Shown here piece after piece: positions 9,033-16,981 of a DNA stretch of 63,190 nt. Below the pieces are notes generated by a model, which did no database searches, had not been told where the DNA came from, and saw nothing but the letters and a program-made list of their open reading frames with translations. This DNA comes from Alphaproteobacteria bacterium (lineage in GTDB: Bacteria > Pseudomonadota > Alphaproteobacteria > CAAHEQ01 > UBA3637): positions 1 to 63,190 of the forward strand of contig JBJEXE010000066.1 of NCBI GenBank assembly GCA_051885475.1, written 5' to 3'. Positions within the stretch are counted from its first letter, which is position 1, and every line of letters starts with the position of its first letter. Both the position numbers and the translations under genes were made by a program.

Positions 9033-9968
9033 ATGATTTTTAAGGCGACAAAAGAAAATATCTTAAAGGCCGGTCAGTTGATTAAAACCGGTGAGACGGT
9101 TGCTTTTCCCACCGAAACGGTTTATGGGTTGGGGGCCAGTGCCTATAATCCAAAAGCTATTGCCAAAATCTATGCCATTAAAAACCGTCCCCATTTTAAT
9201 CCTTTGATTTCGCATATTGCGGAAGTGGATTTTTTACGCGACTATGCCGTGGTGGATGAACGTGTATTGGCTTTGGCCGAAAAATTTTGGCCGGGTCCTT
9301 TGACCTTTATATTAAAAAGAAAAGACGACAATCCTGCCTTGGATTTAGCCTGTGCTGGATTACAAAAAATCAGCGTCCGAATGCCCAACCACCCCGTGGC
9401 TTTGGATTTAATACGGGCAGCAGGTGTGCCGATTGTGGCGCCTTCAGCCAATAAATCCCAGACCATCAGCCCAACAACAGCCGAACATGTGCAACACAGT
9501 TTGGGAGAGGCAGTTCCAATGATATTAGATGCCGGTGCTTGCCAAGTGGGGGTGGAATCCACCATTATTGATGTCAGTGAAAAGCAAATTGTGCTTTTGC
9601 GGGCGGGAGGCATTGCTTTGGAAACTTTGGAAGAATTCTTGAATGAGAAAATTTTAATTTCGGATGGCGACCCCAATAAGCCAAGTTCCCCAGGACAAAT
9701 GCTGCGCCACTATGCGCCAAAGTATGAGTGCAGAATCAATGTGGAACGCCCTACCCCTGATGAATTTTATATCGGATTTGGGGATATGAATGGGGATTTG
9801 AATTTAAGCATAACAGGGGATTTACAAGAAGCAACGGCCAATCTTTTCCAAATGATGCATCAAGCAGAAGAGCAAACTCAAAAGACAAAAATTGCCATTG
9901 CCCCTATTCCCAACATCGGCTTAGGCAGAGCGATTAACGATCGCATTAAACGCGCATCGTATAAATAA
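9033..9968 (+). CDS. tsaC: L-threonylcarbamoyladenylate synthase (YrdC/Sua5 family, with Sua5 C-terminal domain)
   Basis: FPTETVYGLGA, KNRP..NPLI and APSAN motifs. The start is placed at MIFKATK; the track ORF starts at 9000. Confidence 0.85.
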   Translation: MIFKATKENILKAGQLIKTGETVAFPTETVYGLGASAYNPKAIAKIYAIKNRPHFNPLISHIAEVDFLRDYAVVDERVLALAEKFWPGPLTFILKRKDDNPALDLACAGLQKISVRMPNHPVALDLIRAAGVPIVAPSANKSQTISPTTAEHVQHSLGEAVPMILDAGACQVGVESTIIDVSEKQIVLLRAGGIALETLEEFLNEKILISDGDPNKPSSPGQMLRHYAPKYECRINVERPTPDEFYIGFGDMNGDLNLSITGDLQEATANLFQMMHQAEEQTQKTKIAIAPIPNIGLGRAINDRIKRASYK

Positions 9969-9970
9969 GA

Positions 9971-9996
9971 AAGCCCCTCTGTTAAGGGGCCTTTAT
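9971..9996. terminator. bidirectional hairpin between convergent genes
   Basis: GCCCCT-CTGTTA-AGGGGC with T/A-rich flanks on both sides. Confidence 0.45.
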
Positions 9997-10694
9997 TAAA
10001 AGGGCAACGAAAAAATTAAATTTCCTGAAGCATCTTCTTGCATGATACCCCCCCTGATGGCACTTTTTTTCACAGCTTCGTCCACATCAGAAAATACAAC
10101 CTTTCCTTCAGGATAGACGACACACCTTCCTGTAAAAAATTCCGGCGTTGAAATATCAAAAGAGGAACAATCAAACGGCCTTGTCAGACCTTCTCCTCTT
10201 TCATAAACACGCGCCATAATGGCAATTTGACTGGAATAATTTTCCAGCTCTCTGGCTTTATACCTATCCATTGCTATTGTATACCCGGCTACGCCACTAA
10301 CGCCCCAAACTAAAACACTCCAAAGATAGCTAAGGATACCTAAAATGCCCAAAATATACTTTGCCGGGTTGCAAATTTCAAATTCATTTCCTTTGGCATC
10401 CGTATGAATTGTAAAAATGTTAATAATTGCCCATAAATGGGTAATAATAACGCCTATAAAAAATGTCAACAAAGTAATCAGAAGTTGTGTCAAACCTCGT
10501 TTCCAACGACCAACATAAAAGTTATGAATGCCAAATATCCCAAAGAAAAAGGCCAGCAAACAATAGGCTAGCTGATTTTTTCCGCCATTGGTTTGCTGAA
10601 GTAATTTGGTTTTTTGTTGTAAAAATTCTTCTTCAGAAATAGCTCCTTTTTCTTTCAGTTCGTAAAGTTTTTCTATACTCTCTAAATTTTGCAT
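9996..10694 (-). CDS. SHOCT + TM2 domain membrane protein with extra C-terminal domain
   Basis: SHOCT-like LYELKEKGAISEEEFLQQKTKLL and a TM2-like AYCLLAFFFGIFGIHNFYVGRWKRG. The start is taken at MQNLES (10694). Confidence 0.6.
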   Translation of the reverse strand: MQNLESIEKLYELKEKGAISEEEFLQQKTKLLQQTNGGKNQLAYCLLAFFFGIFGIHNFYVGRWKRGLTQLLITLLTFFIGVIITHLWAIINIFTIHTDAKGNEFEICNPAKYILGILGILSYLWSVLVWGVSGVAGYTIAMDRYKARELENYSSQIAIMARVYERGEGLTRPFDCSSFDISTPEFFTGRCVVYPEGKVVFSDVDEAVKKSAIRGGIMQEDASGNLIFSLPF

Positions 10695-10719
10695 TGTTTT
10701 TCCTTTCTTTATAAAAAAA

Positions 10720-10911
10720 TCAATAATGCGGCGGTGGAGTTTCTTCCGATTGGGGTTTAACAAAGGATAAATCCATCGTTTCCTTCAAATTTTTATAATC
10801 CCGCATCAATTGTGCCAACAACCTGTTCAAACGAATCAGTTCCTGATTCATTTCCCCCAGTTGTTTTTCCTGCTCCATAAGGCGCATCTGTAAATCGGTA
10901 ATTTGATCCAT
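10720..10911 (-). CDS. slyX: SlyX-like coiled-coil protein
   Basis: 63 aa. ITDLQMRLMEQEKQLGEMNQELIRLNRLLAQL shows the heptad pattern typical of SlyX. Confidence 0.55.
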   Translation of the reverse strand: MDQITDLQMRLMEQEKQLGEMNQELIRLNRLLAQLMRDYKNLKETMDLSFVKPQSEETPPPHY

Positions 10912-12549
10912 TTAAATCTCCGATAAACGCTTTTTCACTTCTTCCGCCCCCAGCACTTGCATAATAGCAAATAAATCCGGAGATTGAGTCCGTCCCGTCA
11001 TCAAAAGGCGTAAAATGCGCGCGACATCCGCCACGGAACCTTTGTAATTGCTTGGATTGGCTTTGTATTCCTTCATATTGTCCGCAAAACCAAATTTGAC
11101 AGCCAACTGTTTAATTTTGCCAAACCAGACATCTTTATCATCCGAAGCCGCATACATAGCCGCATATTCGGCTGCCAGCTGACGCACTTCATCCATTGTA
11201 AGAGGTTTCAAAGAATCCGCATCCACTATGGGTTTGGTAAAGAAATAGGAAATTTCATTTTCCACATCTTCCCATTTTTGTAAATCTTTACGCGATTTTG
11301 TCCCTATTCCGCGTTCAATATTCAAGATAGCCTTCACTTTATCAGGATTGGCTTTCATCAGAGCAGCCAATTTTTCATTGAACTTTTCGGCCCAAGCCAG
11401 TATTTCATTATATACTTCTTCGGCCGTCATATGCGCAATCACTTCACGGCAAATGCTGTGCAATTTCATAAAGTCAAAAAGCGCCCCTGCCGTATTGGAA
11501 ATTTTTTTGAAATTCACGGGAAAATCAAAAGGAGAAGCCAACGGATTTTCCTTGCGCCATTCTTCAAAATTCGCATTCATTAAGTTTTGCAAATAATCCA
11601 AAACAGCTGTTTGCGGATAACCGTGCTCAGCAAAATATTCAATGTTTGCTTCAGGGTCATAACGCTTGGAAATTTTGCGCCGTTTTCCATTATCCAGCTT
11701 TTGCAAAAGCGCATGATGCGCATATTTCGGGGGCGTCCAACCCATCAAAGCAAATAATTGCAGATGTAAAGGCACAGAAGAAACCCATTCTTCCCCGCGC
11801 ACAACGTGCGTTGTATGCATTAAATGGTCATCCACAACATGCGCGAAATGATAGGTCGGCAAGCCATCCCCTTTAATAATCACGTGGTCAATATTGTTTT
11901 CAGGAAGGGAGAGTTTTCCTTTTAAGAGGTCTTCAAACACAAGCCTTTTTTCATAGTCGCCATTTGATTTAAAACGCAAAATCCAAGGTTTACCAGCCTT
12001 TAAATTTGCCAAAATTTCTTCCTCTGACAAAGTGCGACATTTGGCATATTTGCCATAATAGCCTGTCCTCAAACCTTGCTTTTCTTGAACTTTACGCATT
12101 AAATCCAATTCTTCTGCCGTACAAAAGCAAGGATAGGCTAATCCTTTTTTCACCAATTCTTTGGCATAAGCTTGATAAATTTCTTTGCGTTTGGATTGGG
12201 TATAAGGCCCATAGGAGCCTTTATCGGAATTATCCATTTGGACGCCTTCGTCCGGCAAAACATGGTAATGCGCCAAAGCCTTCAAAACAACCTGAACAGC
12301 CCCATCCACACGGCGCTTTTGATCAGTATCTTCCACACGCAGAAAAAAGACGCCATTATTTTGGTGTGCCAAACGTTCTGCCAAAAAGCCCTGATAAAAA
12401 TTTCCGATATGCAAATAACCGGTCGGACTGGGGGCCAAACGGGACACAACCGCCCCTTCTGGCAATGTGCGAGAAGGATATCTTGCTTCAATTTCAGCAA
12501 TGGAAGGGAGGGGATTGGGAAACAATAAATCAATAATTTCAGGCGACAT
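10912..12549 (-). CDS. gltX: glutamate--tRNA ligase
   Basis: Class I HIGH motif (PSPTGYLHIGN) and KMSKS-type motif (KISKR). 545 aa. Confidence 0.9.
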   Translation of the reverse strand: MSPEIIDLLFPNPLPSIAEIEARYPSRTLPEGAVVSRLAPSPTGYLHIGNFYQGFLAERLAHQNNGVFFLRVEDTDQKRRVDGAVQVVLKALAHYHVLPDEGVQMDNSDKGSYGPYTQSKRKEIYQAYAKELVKKGLAYPCFCTAEELDLMRKVQEKQGLRTGYYGKYAKCRTLSEEEILANLKAGKPWILRFKSNGDYEKRLVFEDLLKGKLSLPENNIDHVIIKGDGLPTYHFAHVVDDHLMHTTHVVRGEEWVSSVPLHLQLFALMGWTPPKYAHHALLQKLDNGKRRKISKRYDPEANIEYFAEHGYPQTAVLDYLQNLMNANFEEWRKENPLASPFDFPVNFKKISNTAGALFDFMKLHSICREVIAHMTAEEVYNEILAWAEKFNEKLAALMKANPDKVKAILNIERGIGTKSRKDLQKWEDVENEISYFFTKPIVDADSLKPLTMDEVRQLAAEYAAMYAASDDKDVWFGKIKQLAVKFGFADNMKEYKANPSNYKGSVADVARILRLLMTGRTQSPDLFAIMQVLGAEEVKKRLSEI

Positions 12550-12608
12550 TTTTTTCCTTTCTATTAGAGGAATTATAACACACTCTTAAAAATTCTTCAA
12601 GAATTATT

Positions 12609-12633
12609 TAAAAAGCCGGCCTGATAACCGGCT
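12609..12633 (-). terminator. rho-independent terminator closing the VirB6-like/unknown-gene operon
   Basis: The minus strand reads AGCCGG-TTATCAGG-CCGGCT followed by TTTTT. Confidence 0.6.
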
Positions 12634-12646
12634 GATTTTACCTGCG

Positions 12647-13126
12647 TTACCTGCGTGACGGAATTTTGATTTGGGCAAAAGCACCCGACGGAATCACATA
12701 CTTGCTATAAACAGGATTTTCAATGGATATAGAATTAATAGGACGTTCCGTTTGACGCAAAACATCCGGATAAAAATCTTCTACACTCTTGTCGTATGGG
12801 GTGATATTCATCATATACAGAATACACGCTTCTGAACGAGAAACACGTCCACACAAGGGAAAGCGCCCTTGAATATCAGGGTTCCGAACATATTGGAAAG
12901 GACATTCCGGTTGAGGAGGAGCCGATTCCCCACCAACCATTATAACCCCCAAGAGCAATCCCATGGCAAAAGTTCCCCCTAAAACATACCACAAATAAGG
13001 TAAAATTTTTTGTTTGGGATCTTCAGGTGCCGGTGCAGACGCTTGTTCCTCCGGTTCTTTTGGTTGAGGGGGGGTAAAACCGCTGCCACTGGGGGGCAAA
13101 GGTGCCTTAAAAATCGGTTCAGTCAT
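12647..13126 (-). CDS. hypothetical bitopic membrane protein (Pro-rich N-terminus, 1 TM, 3-Cys periplasmic domain)
   Basis: 159 aa. A PPSGSGFTPPQPKEPEE head is followed by the TM helix LWYVLGGTFAMGLLLGVIMVGG. It overlaps the upstream gene by 8 nt. Confidence 0.5.
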   Translation of the reverse strand: MTEPIFKAPLPPSGSGFTPPQPKEPEEQASAPAPEDPKQKILPYLWYVLGGTFAMGLLLGVIMVGGESAPPQPECPFQYVRNPDIQGRFPLCGRVSRSEACILYMMNITPYDKSVEDFYPDVLRQTERPINSISIENPVYSKYVIPSGAFAQIKIPSRR

Positions 13127-14279
13127 TTTGTTCTCCTTTTTTAATCAGTTGTATAAATTGAAATTGTAAAGACATCATCAGCTCCCGATAGGGGTTTCCC
13201 GGAACAGGAACACCAATAAGCATTACTTTTTGATCCAAATTATTATTCAAATCAAAAGAGGTAATTTCCCCAGAGGAACTATCCAAAGTCAAAACAGTTT
13301 GAGCTTCATTTTTCTTTTTGACAGAAGTTTTCAAAAAAACAGACAGGTCCGGATAGGACGCTTTAACAGAACATTGGTTAAAATTAAAACGGGTCCGCCA
13401 TCCGCTGGGAACTGCCACCTTTCCGGCAGCAATTAAAACAAGTGAAAAAGTCCCCTGCATTGCGGATAAAAATGTTTGATCATCCACAGAAGGCGCCAAT
13501 GTCAAGGCTTGACCCACCAACCCACTTTGAGTAACGGAAATTTTTCTGGTTCCCAATCTGTCCAAAACAAATTGCCAATGTGTTTCAAAAGACGTTGAAG
13601 AAAGGTCATATAATTTGATTTGAGCTGCCAAAATATACTTTTCCTTTACCATCATTCCCATCAAAGATTGAACTTCAGTCAACTCCGGACGCGTCAAATT
13701 CAACGTAATTTGAAAGTTTGTCCAATCAACGGAAAACGGTTCAAAATGAGCCCCGTTTAAAGCATCCAATACCGCCATCATAACCAACTTATTCGCCGGC
13801 ACTTGGATCACGGCTTTTGCTTTATGGGTCAAAAAAAGAGTCTTGGTATCCGGTTGATAGGTATAAAACAGATTACTTTGACGCACCAACTCTTCCATGA
13901 CAACAGAAAGTTCCCCTTTTAAATCATTGGCAGAAAGAGTTGGATATTTTCCTTCTTCAGCAATGACTTTAATTTGAGCGGAATCCAACAATTCCAAAAT
14001 CGCCACATCAGCTGCCTTATTGGAAAACGAAAAACCATTGACCTGATACCGTGGCAACAAACCGGTTTGTCCCGGCAAACGCACCGTAAAATCCGTTTTA
14101 GAAAGCGCCACAGAGGAAGCGATCCCCTCTCCTTCAACGACTGCATCGGAAGAACAGCGAAAGGGAAGTTCAACATCCAAATAGCGCAAGGAATCCGGAT
14201 TATTCATTAACGGAGCAGACTGGGCGGTCAAACAAACCGTCAGCAGTCCCCAAAACAATCCCTTTTTCATCCAATTCAT
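13119..14279 (-). CDS. exported hypothetical protein, weakly secretin-like
   Basis: Signal peptide MNWMKKGLFWGLLTVCLTAQSA. KYILAAQIKLYDLSSTSFETHWQ and the tail LIGVPVPGNPYRELMMSLQFQFI loosely resemble the start and end of secretin domains. 386 aa. Confidence 0.45.
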   Translation of the reverse strand: MNWMKKGLFWGLLTVCLTAQSAPLMNNPDSLRYLDVELPFRCSSDAVVEGEGIASSVALSKTDFTVRLPGQTGLLPRYQVNGFSFSNKAADVAILELLDSAQIKVIAEEGKYPTLSANDLKGELSVVMEELVRQSNLFYTYQPDTKTLFLTHKAKAVIQVPANKLVMMAVLDALNGAHFEPFSVDWTNFQITLNLTRPELTEVQSLMGMMVKEKYILAAQIKLYDLSSTSFETHWQFVLDRLGTRKISVTQSGLVGQALTLAPSVDDQTFLSAMQGTFSLVLIAAGKVAVPSGWRTRFNFNQCSVKASYPDLSVFLKTSVKKKNEAQTVLTLDSSSGEITSFDLNNNLDQKVMLIGVPVPGNPYRELMMSLQFQFIQLIKKGEQND

Positions 14280-14291
14280 CCAATTCCCCCA

Positions 14292-15392
14292 TTACTTTTT
14301 AGGTTTCAAAGAAAAGCTCAATTTTCTTTGTACACTATTTTTGGACGTTTGTGAAGTCTTTTTTTCAGTTTCCTGATTTTCAGCCAAAACTTCTTTTTCC
14401 AATTTTTGATATTGTTCCTTCACCGCTTTTTCATCCAAGGGCGCATCAGAATCTTGAATCAATTCAAATCCGTCCGGCGCAGGCCCCAGATATTCAGGTT
14501 CCGTACTTTCGTCCAAATTGCCCAAAGTTTTACGCACCTCATCCATATTGATATTTTCATCAATCAATGCCGTTGTCGCCGATTCACAGTTTTGAACAGC
14601 AATTTCAATATCTGCTTCCACCGCCTGTTTTTTACGCAAAAGAGCCTCTTCCCCGCCTTCGTATAAATCAGACAAAACCGTTTTGTCTTCCAAATCCAAA
14701 ACCGCCTGAATATCTTTGACAGTCTGACGCATTAAATCCACGGCAAAACCATAGTAAGGATAGGCAAAAACTTCCATATTATTTAATTGCAAACAACGCG
14801 CAGAAAGCCACGCTTGAACCCCCTCCAAAAGGGCAATTTCATTTTTAGCCTTTTGAACAGCAAAAGCAGACGGAGAATTCATATCAATCGTTGATTTTTG
14901 AGGTGTTTCTTCCCCCTCCTCTAGCTTTTCCGGGGAAACTGTTTCTTGGGGGGCGGGCTCTGTTGAGAGTTCTTCTCTGGGGGCTTCTTCCACCACAGAA
15001 TCGGCCTGAACAATTTCCGGTTGCGGCTCTGCCAATTTATTTTCCAACTGCTGATACAACTCTGTTCCCGGATCGCCGAAAAAATCCAACCAATGTTTTA
15101 AAACCGGTAATCTTTCCTGGACATCTGGCTCCAGCGGCTCTTTTTGTTCCAAATAGCTCTGTGTTTCCTGCCAAGCCATTAAGGCCGCGTAGTAATTAAA
15201 GGTATGGTTGAGTTTTTCCTTTAGCTCTGAAGGAAGCCCCCCCAATTGTTCAAAAACGGTTTCAGTCCAATTATCCCCCAATTCTTCAGCCAAAACAGTT
15301 ACCGTTTCCTTTAAAGAATCCTCGGTGCCTTGATAAGCTGTCAAAGCCTGAACAATTCTTTCCTCATTCATTGGACTTTCCTCCTGAAACAT
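14292..15392 (-). CDS. hypothetical acidic cytoplasmic protein
   Basis: 366-aa ORF, E/D/Q-rich, with no signal peptide or TM helix. It is tightly packed in the operon. The start may instead be MNEERIV at 15371. Confidence 0.45.
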   Translation of the reverse strand: MFQEESPMNEERIVQALTAYQGTEDSLKETVTVLAEELGDNWTETVFEQLGGLPSELKEKLNHTFNYYAALMAWQETQSYLEQKEPLEPDVQERLPVLKHWLDFFGDPGTELYQQLENKLAEPQPEIVQADSVVEEAPREELSTEPAPQETVSPEKLEEGEETPQKSTIDMNSPSAFAVQKAKNEIALLEGVQAWLSARCLQLNNMEVFAYPYYGFAVDLMRQTVKDIQAVLDLEDKTVLSDLYEGGEEALLRKKQAVEADIEIAVQNCESATTALIDENINMDEVRKTLGNLDESTEPEYLGPAPDGFELIQDSDAPLDEKAVKEQYQKLEKEVLAENQETEKKTSQTSKNSVQRKLSFSLKPKK

Positions 15393-15918
15393 CTTCTATA
15401 ATTTCCGAATAATTTTCAAAAGCAGTTTTTTTCTCCGGCGCCTTGGGGGGCGCGGTTTGTCCCAAACTTTCAAAAGTATGCAAAAGGGTTTTTATTTGTT
15501 GAACCAAGGCTTCTTTTTGGATTTTCATTTCCTGCCATTCTGCTTCTGAAATCGTAATCATCCCATTGACTTTTTTAATTTCCAAATCATTATCCGGTGT
15601 GGGCAAATACCCCTTTGTTTGCGAAACATTAACTGTATCTTGTTGTTCTGATTCGGTTTTAGAAAGATGGGCATTTTCTTCCAAAAATTCCAAATAATCT
15701 TCTACTTCTTTCCCCCCCATAAAAGTCCCAAGCAAACGTTTAACACCCGGCTTTACTTGCAACAACATTTGGTTATAACGGGAAATAAAATCTTCCCCCA
15801 AAAAGGGTAAAGAACGATAGAGATTGACCAAACGACGTGCCTCTTGCAAAGAGGTACTGTCCTTCTCTGCTTTCTTTTCTTTAAAGTGTTGTAATAAAAG
15901 CTGCGAAGCTTCCGTCAT
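15364..15918 (-). CDS. hypothetical cytoplasmic protein
   Basis: 184-aa ORF lying 10 nt downstream of the HTH gene. I recognise no motif. Confidence 0.45.
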   Translation of the reverse strand: MTEASQLLLQHFKEKKAEKDSTSLQEARRLVNLYRSLPFLGEDFISRYNQMLLQVKPGVKRLLGTFMGGKEVEDYLEFLEENAHLSKTESEQQDTVNVSQTKGYLPTPDNDLEIKKVNGMITISEAEWQEMKIQKEALVQQIKTLLHTFESLGQTAPPKAPEKKTAFENYSEIIEDVSGGKSNE

Positions 15919-15928
15919 TTTTCATCCT

Positions 15929-16897
15929 TTATAATAAAACAATCCAAACAACACGTTCCAACTGTTCAAAGGCAATATCATCCGTTTTTAAATCAGCACC
16001 CAAAATACGTGCTTGTTTTTCCAAAACAGATTGGACACGGACTAATTTATTTTGAGTTGCCCCTTTATAAACAGCCCAATCCCCTTCCCTTAAAGGCATT
16101 AAGGGAGCAATCACCAAAACTGCCCCTGCCGGTAAGGAACAACTGCCAGCCTGTAAACGCAGCGCATACAGCCCCACTTCATCTGATAAAGTAGAGGGGC
16201 ACAAAACAGCACCGACCGAATTTTCCGGATGCATCATCACTTCATCATTTTCATTGATTGTTCCGGTAATCGGCAAGGTAATTTCACGCGAAGAACCGGT
16301 ACGCATCATCAAACGGCTCATTGGTAAGTCATTATACCCCCCCTTAAACAAGCCCACTCCGGTCTTGCCGGCATTGTGTTTAAGTTCATCCAGAGCCCCT
16401 GCCGCATCCAATTCATAAATCTTCAGTTGCAATTCTTCTTCATTCATTCCCAAGGCACGTGCAATATTGGCAAAAGTTTTTTCATCCACTTCCCGTTGCC
16501 CCATTTCAATGCGATGATAAACAGATAAAGTCAACTTGGACAACTTTGCCACACCGTTCAAGGTCATTTTCTTTTGACCACGAATATAACGCAACCCTGC
16601 CCCCAAAATTTTCAACCCACCACCGATATTCATTTGATGACGGCGGTCTTGTTCATCCTGCCAAGCTTTCAAAACCTCCGGCTGCGAAGAAGTTGTTGAC
16701 ACAAATAAACTTTCGCAAGGACAATCTAAAAAAGCAGCAATTTTACGAATTTGTTCTTCATTTAAACGACGATACCCTTTTTCAATTTTACTCATCGCAG
16801 AAATGGTCAAATCCAATAAATGCGCAATTTCAATCATCCGCTTACCCCGCACACGGCGCAGCATTCTGAGTTGATTCGGGAAAACAATTTCTTCCAT
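15929..16897 (-). CDS. XRE-family regulator with two HTH domains and a C-terminal LexA/S24-fold-like domain
   Basis: Two Cro/C1-type HTH units (LRMLRRVRGKRMIEIAHLLDLTISAMSKIEKG; LRYIRGQKKMTLNGVAKLSKLTLSVYHRIEMG). The C-terminal segment AGAVLVIAPLMPLREGDWAVYKG..LVRV is beta-rich. Confidence 0.6.
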   Translation of the reverse strand: MEEIVFPNQLRMLRRVRGKRMIEIAHLLDLTISAMSKIEKGYRRLNEEQIRKIAAFLDCPCESLFVSTTSSQPEVLKAWQDEQDRRHQMNIGGGLKILGAGLRYIRGQKKMTLNGVAKLSKLTLSVYHRIEMGQREVDEKTFANIARALGMNEEELQLKIYELDAAGALDELKHNAGKTGVGLFKGGYNDLPMSRLMMRTGSSREITLPITGTINENDEVMMHPENSVGAVLCPSTLSDEVGLYALRLQAGSCSLPAGAVLVIAPLMPLREGDWAVYKGATQNKLVRVQSVLEKQARILGADLKTDDIAFEQLERVVWIVLL

Positions 16898-16981
16898 TTA
16901 ACCTCCTTTTTATTCCGTTGTTCCACTATACACTAATTTTTTATTTTAGGAAATAGACAAAAACAAAAATTTTTTAAAAAA

